Origin: a virus
Taxonomy: Duplodnaviria; Caudoviricetes
Strand: one strand, 5' to 3'
DNA: 54,276 bases
Virus record (IMG/VR): IMGVR_UViG_3300048895_000205
Location: 1-54,276 of that record
The notes beneath the pieces are model-generated. The model saw only the letters and a program-made list of their open reading frames with translations. It ran no database searches and was not told where the DNA came from. The position numbers were made by a program, and so were the translations under genes. Below are positions 8,671 through 16,126 of the stretch, one piece after another (position 1 is the first letter of the stretch; the number at the start of each line of letters is the position of its first letter).

Positions 8671-9572
8671 CGAGTTCTCTCTCTCGGTTCTGATGTGATA
8701 GGTCCGCTCGCCCGAACCTTGCCCCGCTGCGCAAGGCGCTTACGGAGCACGCTGAGCCGGCGCACGTGCGGGTGAATGAGCTTGAACAGGTTCTTGGCTT
8801 CCTGTTCGGTGAGGGCTGGATTCAACTCGAAGGCCAGCTCGCCAGAGATCACGGCCAGTAGCGAGGCAGCCTTAGCTATCAACGCGATCTGTTGATCGGC
8901 TACCTTGCGATCGGTCGTTGTTCCTGCAACGTTGCGCTCAGCTAGGAACTTGCGGAGCTGGAGGACGGCTCGTGTTGCCGCTTCGCCCATGGCCTCAGCA
9001 CGCTCCGCGTAGGCAACGCTTGACTCGTACAGCTCAGGCACTTCGTTCTTGATGGCGGTTAGCGTGGAGGCGACGCGCAGGATGTCCGACATCTTGCTTT
9101 CGTTGAGTCCATGACCAGTCATCTCGGTGATCTCGATGAGAGTCTGCGAGTAGTGGTTCGTGGATTTCGGGAGCTTCGCTTTCCTGGTCTTGTTGGCACG
9201 CTCCCGCTCGTACGGAAGGGCAAACGGTTTCAGGACTCGGTTGTACCAATCGGCGAGTTGCGTCCACCGGTAGGGCATCGGCATGATGCCGATATTCTCT
9301 TCGACCTTACGTGTGGCCAGCATGTGGTCCCGGATCGTCGGCCAGTCCCTTGTGGACACGGCCGGGATGTGGGTCATGCCGAGCAGTTTGCAAGCCAACA
9401 CCCGCCGGGCGCCGTCGATGATCTGGTAGTCCGGGTCCAGCAGCACTCGTGTCTGCAATCCGAATTGGCGAATGTCGTTGGCAAGAGCCTCCAGTCCTTT
9501 GTGGACATCCTCACCACGAACAAATACCGGGTTCGCGTTGAGAATCAGTTTGATGGGTACTCCGTCTTTCAC
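8667..9572 (-). CDS. ParB-N domain protein
   Basis: LANDIRQFGLQ..VLLD...IIDGARRVLACKLLG; GTG 9572 after AGGAGGGAG. Confidence 0.8.
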   Translation of the reverse strand: MKDGVPIKLILNANPVFVRGEDVHKGLEALANDIRQFGLQTRVLLDPDYQIIDGARRVLACKLLGMTHIPAVSTRDWPTIRDHMLATRKVEENIGIMPMPYRWTQLADWYNRVLKPFALPYERERANKTRKAKLPKSTNHYSQTLIEITEMTGHGLNESKMSDILRVASTLTAIKNEVPELYESSVAYAERAEAMGEAATRAVLQLRKFLAERNVAGTTTDRKVADQQIALIAKAASLLAVISGELAFELNPALTEQEAKNLFKLIHPHVRRLSVLRKRLAQRGKVRASGPITSEPRERTR

Positions 9573-9751
9573 TCTCCCTCCTTGGCGTTGTAGAGCCTGT
9601 GTACTTCCGCCGTGTAGTGGCGATTCCGACCACCGGGTGTCTTGAGGAGCGTGAGCCGGCCGAGCTTGCACCATTGACGGACAGTGCTCGGGTCTACCCT
9701 GAACAATTCCGCCACCTCCCGCGTGGTCATTAGGATCTGTTCCTCGGTCAT
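9569..9751 (-). CDS. BldC-like MerR-type HTH DNA-binding protein
   Basis: LMTTREVAELFRVDPSTVRQWCKLGRL...TPGGRNRH closely matches the BldC pattern LTPAEVA..FRVDPKTV.RW...G.L....T.GG.RR. Confidence 0.8.
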   Translation of the reverse strand: MTEEQILMTTREVAELFRVDPSTVRQWCKLGRLTLLKTPGGRNRHYTAEVHRLYNAKEGE

Positions 9752-9788
9752 AGTCCCCCATCTTGGCGGACGTCCGTTTCTCCCAGCA

Positions 9789-9818
9789 AAAGTAGCACGG
9801 GTACCTACCCCTACGCAA
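9789..9818 (-). promoter_or_regulatory. sigma70-type promoter with operator in spacer
   Basis: TTGCGT-N18-TACTTT; spacer contains GGGGTAGGTACCCG. Confidence 0.65.
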
Positions 9819-9820
9819 GA

Positions 9821-9855
9821 AGCCCCGGTGCCTGTTTGCGTCAGGCACCGGGGCT
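9821..9855 (-). terminator. hairpin after AAA ATPase
   Basis: AGCCCCGGTGCCTG/CAGGCACCGGGGCT perfect 14-bp inverted repeat, then TCTT on minus. Confidence 0.75.
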
Positions 9856-9884
9856 CCTTCTCCCCCCAGAGGGAGGCTCTTGCG

Positions 9885-11444
9885 CTACTGCTTGAGCAGC
9901 GCGTTGTGTGGCTCCACGTCGAACGGGATACCGCGGTACCGAGTCCGGCCCAGGGCGCCGTCGATCTCCTCGCGCACGAGGTCGTCCAGGGTCAGCTTGG
10001 TCGCGCCCTCGTTCGCGCCCAGCATGAGATCGAGCTGCGGTCGCAGCGAGGCTGCCGCGTACACCAGGTCGTCGGTCTCGATGATGCCCGGCCGGCCCTG
10101 ATTGCGACCCATGGTAAACCGCTGAGCCCGCAGGGCGGCCTCCTTGACGAACGCCGGCAGGAAGCCGTCGAACGCCTCGGCCACCTTGATCCAGTCGATC
10201 TTCTTGCCGAGGTACTCCGGCGTCACGTTGAGCGTGACCAGCTTCTTGAAGGCCTCGGTGTCGAGCGCGCCGATCTCGATGACCGCGTCGATACGGCCGG
10301 GACGCATGGCGCCCCGCTGGATCGAGCTGACGTGGTTGGTCGTGAACAGGCAGACGATCTCACGACCCTTGGTCGTGACGCCGTCGAGCGAGTCGAGCAT
10401 GCGGGAGATGTCGGCCTTCGTGCCGCCCTCGGCAGTCACGTCGATGTCCTCGATCACGACCACGGCCGGCGAGTACAACGCCGCGGTCTGCATGACCGAG
10501 GATGGGTCATCCCGGCCGGTGCGGCACATGAGGAACGTCCACCCGTTCTCGACGGCCTTCTTGGCCGTGAGCATGCAGCCCAGCGTCTTGCCCGTGCCGT
10601 ACGGACCTCCGAACAGGACCTTCCGGTTCAGCGGCATGAGCGAGCGCACCGTCTCCGAGTACTCGATCGGTACCCACACGTGGGCGTTGAGCTGGGCGAC
10701 CGTCGCCTCGTTGTAGACGACCGTCGCCTCGTCCAGGCTGAGCACGTCGAGGAACTGAGGGTTCAGCTGCGAGCCGTCGATGGCCTGGCCCCGGTAGATC
10801 GAGTTCTTGGACAGGTGCTCCTCCACGATGTTGAAGATGCCCTGGATGTGCTCGCGCCACCGGCGCGGAGCCTCGACGGTCAGATTGAACACGATCCCCC
10901 AGTCGTCGTCCTCGGTGTAGCCCACGTTGAACGTGGCCTCGTACATCGGGAACGCGACGTTGCCCCACGGCACCTGCTCGACGCGGGAGGGGCCGGTGTT
11001 GATGGAGATGAACTCGGGGTGCTTCGGGCCGAACATCGTGTATTCGGTCTTGCCGAAGCCGGTGGTGCCGGTGATCTGCTTCATCACCGTCATGAAGGCG
11101 TGCGCGCCGTCGTACGGCCGGGCCTTCATCCAGCGGGAGTACTTGAAGGTCTGGCTCTGCTGGTGCAGCCAGTTCTCCAGAAAGTCGATGGCCGAGCGCA
11201 CCTTGCCCTGGTACTGCTTGGGCAGGATGAACTTCTCGCCCTCGAAGATCAGGGAGTCGTCCTGGACGGTCTTGGCGCCGAGGCGCTTCAGCAGCGCCGA
11301 GACGGCGTCACGGAGCTTCTCCTCCTCGGTCGGCTCCTTGGCCTTGCTCTTCTCAGCCTGAACCTGGTCCAGGACGGTGGCGACCAGCGCGTCAGGAATG
11401 ACGCCGTCGGCCAACGCGACGATCTTTCCGTTGTCACTACTCAC
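9885..11444 (-). CDS. AAA+ ATPase
   Basis: GPYGTGKT, VVVIEDID, FTTNH, MRPGRID (second region of homology). Confidence 0.92.
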   Translation of the reverse strand: MSSDNGKIVALADGVIPDALVATVLDQVQAEKSKAKEPTEEEKLRDAVSALLKRLGAKTVQDDSLIFEGEKFILPKQYQGKVRSAIDFLENWLHQQSQTFKYSRWMKARPYDGAHAFMTVMKQITGTTGFGKTEYTMFGPKHPEFISINTGPSRVEQVPWGNVAFPMYEATFNVGYTEDDDWGIVFNLTVEAPRRWREHIQGIFNIVEEHLSKNSIYRGQAIDGSQLNPQFLDVLSLDEATVVYNEATVAQLNAHVWVPIEYSETVRSLMPLNRKVLFGGPYGTGKTLGCMLTAKKAVENGWTFLMCRTGRDDPSSVMQTAALYSPAVVVIEDIDVTAEGGTKADISRMLDSLDGVTTKGREIVCLFTTNHVSSIQRGAMRPGRIDAVIEIGALDTEAFKKLVTLNVTPEYLGKKIDWIKVAEAFDGFLPAFVKEAALRAQRFTMGRNQGRPGIIETDDLVYAAASLRPQLDLMLGANEGATKLTLDDLVREEIDGALGRTRYRGIPFDVEPHNALLKQ

Positions 11445-11469
11445 TGTCAGCTGCTCTCTCTCTGGGGGG

Positions 11470-11853
11470 TTAGTCCCACCAACCTTTGGCGGGACCGTGG
11501 TGATGCTGTCTCATAGGTGGTTCCGTCTCAATCTCGCCCGCGGCCCGGTATTCCTTCGCCGCACTCTTGAGCGAGTCTCGCTGTGCTCGCCGATCAGGTC
11601 CCCACCAGCAAAGCCTGCGGTCTTCACGAGAGGGGGAGTATCGGAAGCAGTAGCGGTTCTCGTGGTGGACAACCCACGAGCATCTTGTATCGGACCTCCT
11701 GCTCCCATATGCGGCAACGGACCGCACGGGGAAATCAGGAAGGTCACACGGGTATTTGGTTCGGAGAAGACCGTATCGACAGTAGTGACCGTGGAACGGC
11801 TCGTACCATTCCGCGGTTACCCAGCACGGCTTGTCTTTGTCGGTGCGCGACAT
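11470..11853 (-). CDS. hypothetical basic protein
   Basis: MSRTDKDKP..., AAGGGAG SD. Confidence 0.7.
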   Translation of the reverse strand: MSRTDKDKPCWVTAEWYEPFHGHYCRYGLLRTKYPCDLPDFPVRSVAAYGSRRSDTRCSWVVHHENRYCFRYSPSREDRRLCWWGPDRRAQRDSLKSAAKEYRAAGEIETEPPMRQHHHGPAKGWWD

Positions 11854-11884
11854 GATGACTCCCTTGGGGAGCCGGACTTTCCGG

Positions 11885-11902
11885 CTACAAGTTCCTCATC
11901 AC
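11885..11902 (-). other. possible minigene (MMRNL)
   Basis: AGAAAGGAG SD then GTG ATG AGG AAC TTG TAG. Confidence 0.35.
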
Positions 11903-12080
11903 GCACTCCTTTCTCTCGTAACAACCGGGGGGGACTCGGATCACAGTACGGCCGACCCGTAAACCGTGTCGGTTGAAACTCCCCGAGCCCCCATCGCTTC
12001 CCGGCGGTTGCCTTTTTCGCTGTTCTGGACAGGGCGTAGCCCTGCGACCCGGGGTGTAAACGGCAACGGAACGCACCCGT

Positions 12081-12145
12081 GTCCCCGCTCGGAATCGAAC
12101 CGATATGACTGTCCGCATGGTGGCGGGCCTCCCTCTCCAGGGGAG
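12081..12145 (-). ncRNA. degenerate tRNA-like element
   Basis: intact T arm TCGG-TTCGATT-CCGA, TCCCC/GGGGA acceptor-like pairing, CCGC/GCGG stem with 6-nt loop, no canonical D arm. Confidence 0.5.
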
Positions 12146-12730
12146 TTACGAGGACTTTGCTGCTGCTTGTTCTGCTTGCAGTTCCTTCATCATGGCTTCG
12201 ATCTCCACGGCCGTAGCCGGAAGCTCTGGCTCCACTTCGATGGCCGCCGCGTACCGATCGGGCAGCGCCCAGCCGAGCCCATCCAGGCGGCGCAGTTGCG
12301 CGCGGACCTGGCCGGCCCCCGGTCCCTGCACCGTGGTGAGAGCCATCGTGGCGTTCATGATCTCACCGAAGCCGCGGTCGGTGACCAGCATGTCGAGCAG
12401 GTTGTACAGCACAACGACCAGCCCCGCGCCGGTGATGGTCCACCGAGCGCTGGTGGGCATCATGAGGTTCTCTTCTCCAATGTGGACATGAGGCTCAGGA
12501 CAGTGCGCCGTGCAGTTCTTGCGCATGAAGTCCTTGAGCGGTCGGGCGGCCATGACCTCGGGTGACGTGCCCGTCAGTTCGCCCAGGCGGCGAACGACAG
12601 CGATCTCCTTTGTCTGCACGGCGAGCACCGCCTGCTTGGTTGCCCGGGTCTGGTTGTTCTTCAGGGCGATCCGACCCTTGAGGTCAATGATCGCGGCCAT
12701 CCAGCCCAGGTCCTTCGCTGCGATGCTCAC
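12146..12730 (-). CDS. LAGLIDADG-like protein (degenerate motif)
   Basis: N-terminal DLGWMAAIIDLKGRI; ARWTITG; GGAAAGGA SD. Confidence 0.65.
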   Translation of the reverse strand: MSIAAKDLGWMAAIIDLKGRIALKNNQTRATKQAVLAVQTKEIAVVRRLGELTGTSPEVMAARPLKDFMRKNCTAHCPEPHVHIGEENLMMPTSARWTITGAGLVVVLYNLLDMLVTDRGFGEIMNATMALTTVQGPGAGQVRAQLRRLDGLGWALPDRYAAAIEVEPELPATAVEIEAMMKELQAEQAAAKSS

Positions 12731-12769
12731 TGTCCACTGTCCTTTCCGTACTGCGCGATCGGGGGCGAG

Positions 12770-12964
12770 CTACGAGGCGTCGTACACCACGTCGATGGTC
12801 TCCGAGTGGTTTACGTGGACCACTCGCTTCCGCGCTCCACCAAGTCGGTCGCGGACAATGATCAGAGAAGATCCGTTGTCGAACTGTTGGGTCTGGATGT
12901 ACTCCCCAATTACTTCGAACGTGATCACGGTCCCGTTGACCACATGGGTGATGGTTGCCTTCAC
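12770..12964 (-). CDS. hypothetical protein
   Basis: VKATITHVVNG...; GTG begins 1 nt after the tRNA-Lys discriminator. Confidence 0.6.
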   Translation of the reverse strand: MKATITHVVNGTVITFEVIGEYIQTQQFDNGSSLIIVRDRLGGARKRVVHVNHSETIDVVYDAS

Positions 12965-12965
12965 G

Positions 12966-13037
12966 TGATCCAAGAAGGAGTCGAACCTTCAACCGACCGC
13001 TTAAGAGGCGGACGCTCTGCCATTGAGCTACTGGATC
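12966..13037 (-). tRNA. tRNA-Lys(CTT), CCA not encoded
   Basis: GATCCAG/TTGGATC acceptor, GCTC/GAGC D stem, CT-CTT-AA loop, GAAGG-TTCGACT-CCTTC T arm. Confidence 0.9.
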
Positions 13038-13128
13038 TTTTGACCACCATGAGCAGGCGATGGACGACCCCTTTCGGCATCGAATTGACAGTGTGCGCAC
13101 ACAGCAACCCGATGTTGTTCCGGCTTCG

Positions 13129-13201
13129 TTGCGGAGACCGGACTTGAACCGGCGACCTCTGGGTTATGAGCCCAGCGTGCTACCAACTGCACCACTCCGC
13201 G
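13129..13201 (-). tRNA. initiator tRNA-fMet(CAT), CCA not encoded
   Basis: C1:A72 mismatch, anticodon stem CTGGG/CCCAG with three G-C pairs, loop CT-CAT-AA. Confidence 0.92.
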
Positions 13202-13205
13202 ATGT

Positions 13206-13790
13206 CGGGCGACCCTGCTCCCTGAAGCAAGAGCAGGGGCGCCCTAGGGCCGGGTTCGGTTTCCCGAACGCCAGTTCCACCACTCCCCGCTCGGCCTTGA
13301 GCTAGGAGTTTGAGGGGGGCTCCGAATCCATCGTCGGTCCGGTTGAGGTCCTAGGATCGGAGCCCCCATGCGCCAGTTCTTTCGGGCTAAGCGGAGAACT
13401 GGCAATCCGCCACGGTCGCCTCACACTCTCGCTGGAAGGGCGAAGAGCGAGCGGGGCGCGCCCTCGTGGGCGCTCTCGGGAACTAATCGGGGGATCGACG
13501 CCGAGAGCAGCGCCACGTTAAGCAGGAGTCCAAGAAGGTGTGGTCATTGGACCCTTCTTGCAGTGCCCAGAAAGGTACCGCCCCGCCAATGAAGGCGGGA
13601 AACTCCTACGTGGATCCCCAGACGGAGAACGCCGAGAACGCCGCCTGGGGGCTTTGTTCTGCCCCGGTATCCCATCGCGTTGGTCTAGAGCGACGGGGGG
13701 ACCTGAGACTGGACGCTGGAACAGGAGGAACAGCGCAGCCTCACCGGGGCAGAAGATTCAGTTGTCAAGGGTGACCGTCTTGCCTTGCTG
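13206..13790 (-). ncRNA. large structured non-coding RNA candidate (~590 nt)
   Basis: no credible ORF; at least 8 nested or adjacent stems; lies between a TTGACA promoter and tRNA-fMet. Confidence 0.7.
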
Positions 13791-13796
13791 AAGCCA

Positions 13797-13827
13797 ACTC
13801 TACTACACCCCTACGTAGGGGTGTCAA
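13797..13827 (-). promoter_or_regulatory. promoter with palindromic operator
   Basis: TTGACA-N19-TAGAGT; perfect palindrome ACACCCCTACGTAGGGGTGT. Confidence 0.65.
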
Positions 13828-13881
13828 CCCTCAACTTCGTGGTTTCTGTACGTACCCGAATGTCCCAGTTACGCTGATCTT

Positions 13882-15309
13882 GTGGATATGTCGTTGAAGG
13901 CCCGCATCAGCCGCTTGCCGGCGGCGGAACGGGCTGCCTGGCTGTCCACGCTACAGCCCTGGATGGTCGAGGAGATCGCGCGCGGCGAGTGGTGGTGGAC
14001 TGCTCGACCAGAACAGATTCCACCGGTAGGAGACTGGTTCATCTGCTTGGCCCTGGCCGGGCGCGGATGGGGGAAGAGCCAGGCGGGCTCCGAATGGACC
14101 GTGGAGCAGGTCCTGAAGCACCCCTACGATTCCCGCGGTACGCCGACGGAGTGGCTGGTTATCGCCGAGACGCTGAGCGACGCCCGGACGATCTGCATGG
14201 AGGGGCCGGCGGGCATCCTGAACGTCCTGGACCGTCGGAAGATCAAGCATCGGTACAAGATGTCTCCGCGGCCGATGGTCCTGTTCCCGTCGGGCACGAA
14301 GATCTACACCGAGGGCGCGGACGACGCGGACGTTGGCCGCGGGTACAACGCGGCCGGTGCCTGGTGCGATGAGATTGCGAAGTGGAAGTGGCCCAAGCGG
14401 TCCTGGTACGAGGGCATCATGCCCTCACTCCGGGCGGACCTTGTCGGCGGTCGGCCGCAGGCTTTCGTAACGACGACGCCGAAGCCGATTGATCTGCTCC
14501 AGGAGTGGCTGAAGCGCGATGACGGCACGATTCACGTCATCCGTGGTGCCACTTTCGACAATGCGGCTAACCTCAGTAGCCACGTGGTCAAAGAACTCCG
14601 CGTACGTTACGAAGGCACAATCGTCGGGCGCCAAGAGCTTTACGGGGAAATGATCGAGGGCTTCGAGGGCGCCCTGTTCAACCGGCTCGACCTGGCCAAC
14701 TACCGCGTCGTCGAGCTGCCCGATATGGTCAAGTCCATCGTCGTCGGGGTCGACCCGAGCCTCACCGGGGAAGATGACGAAATGGGAGTGGTCGTCGTGG
14801 CCCGTACCACGGATAACGATATGTTCGTACTGGCAGACCGCTCCATCATGTCCGTTGGGCGCGAGGCAGCGCTTCACGCTTGGCGCACCGTAGCCGAATT
14901 CGGCGCTGACATGCTCATCTACGAAGCGAACCTGGGTAAACGCTGGATGCACCAAGTCTTTCACGACGCGTACTTCGAGCTTGTTGGGCAAGGTGTCTTC
15001 CCAGCGCATACGAAGCCCCCCATGAAACCGATCGACGCAAAAACAGGAAAACGTACCCGAGCTGAACCAGTCGCCATGCGGAGCGAGCAAGGGCGATTGC
15101 ACATGGTCGGCTTCCACGAAAAGCTCGAAGATCAGCTTGTCACCTTCGTCGGTTGGGGGTCCAACGAGTCGCCCGACCGCCTGGACGCGATGGTCCACGC
15201 CTGCCGGTGGTTGATGGACGGCGAGAAGAAGCAGGCCCGGCTGTCCAGTCCACATGATCAGCTCTCCACTACTCTTCAGTCGCTCTGGAACGAGACGTCG
15301 TACTGGTGA
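13882..15309 (+). CDS. terL: terminase large subunit
   Basis: AGRGWGKS Walker A, AWCDEIA Walker B, VTTTP, VGVDP and SPDRLDA nuclease motifs. Confidence 0.95.
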   Translation: MDMSLKARISRLPAAERAAWLSTLQPWMVEEIARGEWWWTARPEQIPPVGDWFICLALAGRGWGKSQAGSEWTVEQVLKHPYDSRGTPTEWLVIAETLSDARTICMEGPAGILNVLDRRKIKHRYKMSPRPMVLFPSGTKIYTEGADDADVGRGYNAAGAWCDEIAKWKWPKRSWYEGIMPSLRADLVGGRPQAFVTTTPKPIDLLQEWLKRDDGTIHVIRGATFDNAANLSSHVVKELRVRYEGTIVGRQELYGEMIEGFEGALFNRLDLANYRVVELPDMVKSIVVGVDPSLTGEDDEMGVVVVARTTDNDMFVLADRSIMSVGREAALHAWRTVAEFGADMLIYEANLGKRWMHQVFHDAYFELVGQGVFPAHTKPPMKPIDAKTGKRTRAEPVAMRSEQGRLHMVGFHEKLEDQLVTFVGWGSNESPDRLDAMVHACRWLMDGEKKQARLSSPHDQLSTTLQSLWNETSYW

Positions 15310-15475
15310 TCAACCGCGCAATCATTCGGTACCTCCGGCGCATGTGTGCGATGGCCACTGGCACACCAGCGGGACTCTCGGCTCAGGCCAACCCAGTGTG
15401 GGCGATTGTCGTCGGCGCCGCAGTTGCAGGACTTGATCGGTTCGGCGCAGAACCGACACTTCGCAGTAATGGTGA

Positions 15476-15688
15476 TCAGCCGCCGGCCGGTTGGAATCCG
15501 AACTCGGCCAGTCGGCGCATGAAACTGCGCACGACCATAAGATGCTCGACCGTGCTGAGTCGGGGACACTGGACCTCGTGCGTGAGGCCGCATATGAATG
15601 CATCCTCGCGGTCTTCGTGGTCAACGCATTCGAACGTGCATCCCGTGTGATCGCATTTGACTTTGAATGCTTCCGTGACCTCGAACAT
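15476..15688 (-). CDS. hypothetical Cys/His protein
   Basis: MFEVTEAFKVKCDHTGC...; GGAGGGG SD. Confidence 0.65.
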   Translation of the reverse strand: MFEVTEAFKVKCDHTGCTFECVDHEDREDAFICGLTHEVQCPRLSTVEHLMVVRSFMRRLAEFGFQPAGG

Positions 15689-15701
15689 CGCCCCTCCAAT
15701 T

Positions 15702-15739
15702 AAAGAGGGGCCGAGTCGCATATCCGGCGACCCGGCCCC
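15702..15739 (-). terminator. intrinsic terminator closing the RNA module
   Basis: GGGGCCGGGTCGC/GCGACTCGGCCCC (G-U pair on minus only) followed by TCTTT. Confidence 0.75.
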
Positions 15740-15761
15740 AACGACTGGGTTTTTGAGACCC

Positions 15762-15834
15762 ATTCCTTTGCAGGAATTGAACCTGCAACTCTCGGTTTAC
15801 AAGACCGATGCTCTGCCTATTGAGCTAAAAGGAT
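15762..15834 (-). tRNA. tRNA-Thr(TGT) with atypical acceptor stem
   Basis: GCTC/GAGC D stem, TCGGT-CT-TGT-AA-ACCGA, GCAGG-TTCAATT-CCTGC; A1:A72 mismatch; no CCA. Confidence 0.8.
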
Positions 15835-15841
15835 TGTCGGC

Positions 15842-16003
15842 GTTGCCATCCTTGTCAACCAGCAAACATTTAAAGCCACGTCTGAGATCTACAGAGCCGT
15901 CGCTCTACCACTGAGCTACAGGGCCATGTTGGAGGCCCCATCGGGGATCGAACCCGAGACTACGGCTATCTGATCGCGACTACTCGATCTGGCTGACCGC
16001 AAC
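15842..16003 (-). ncRNA. circularly permuted tRNA-like RNA (YrlA/Y-RNA-like topology)
   Basis: order is T arm, acceptor 3' strand + TCCA, ACAT linker, acceptor 5' strand, D arm; anticodon-stem AGCCGT/ACGGCT opens into a long closing stem. Confidence 0.85.
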
Positions 16004-16126
16004 AATATTGAGTTTGGGGCAATAGATTTCAGATTGAAAGCGAGCGCCACTCTTTAGGGCGGTGTGCGCTTTACCTCATGAGATTCAGCTTGTGCCCATC
16101 CGGCATATAGCCGGAGCTTGTGACGG

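Noticed and set aside
9684-11516. Long antisense ORFs (610 aa here; also 7210-8493, 131-1291, 36731-37993, 28570-29571)
   Set aside because: Shadow frames of GC3-rich genes on the opposite strand, with no motifs
12966-13201. tRNAs as an attP/integration signature
   Set aside because: No integrase and no duplicated tRNA 3' end in the window
13206-13790. Group I/II intron or RNase P identity for the large RNA
   Set aside because: No interrupted gene, no domain V or P7 core, and no GAGGAAAGUCC RNase P signature recognised by eye
15276-15650. Competing ORFs after terminase (15306-15650 plus; Cys-rich 15276-~15479 minus)
   Set aside because: The plus ORF overlaps a better minus gene and the minus ORF lacks a standard start; could not choose between them
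15895-15967. Two-piece (permuted) tmRNA
   Set aside because: No G3-U70 alanine determinant, a full D stem is present, and no convincing tag reading frame follows
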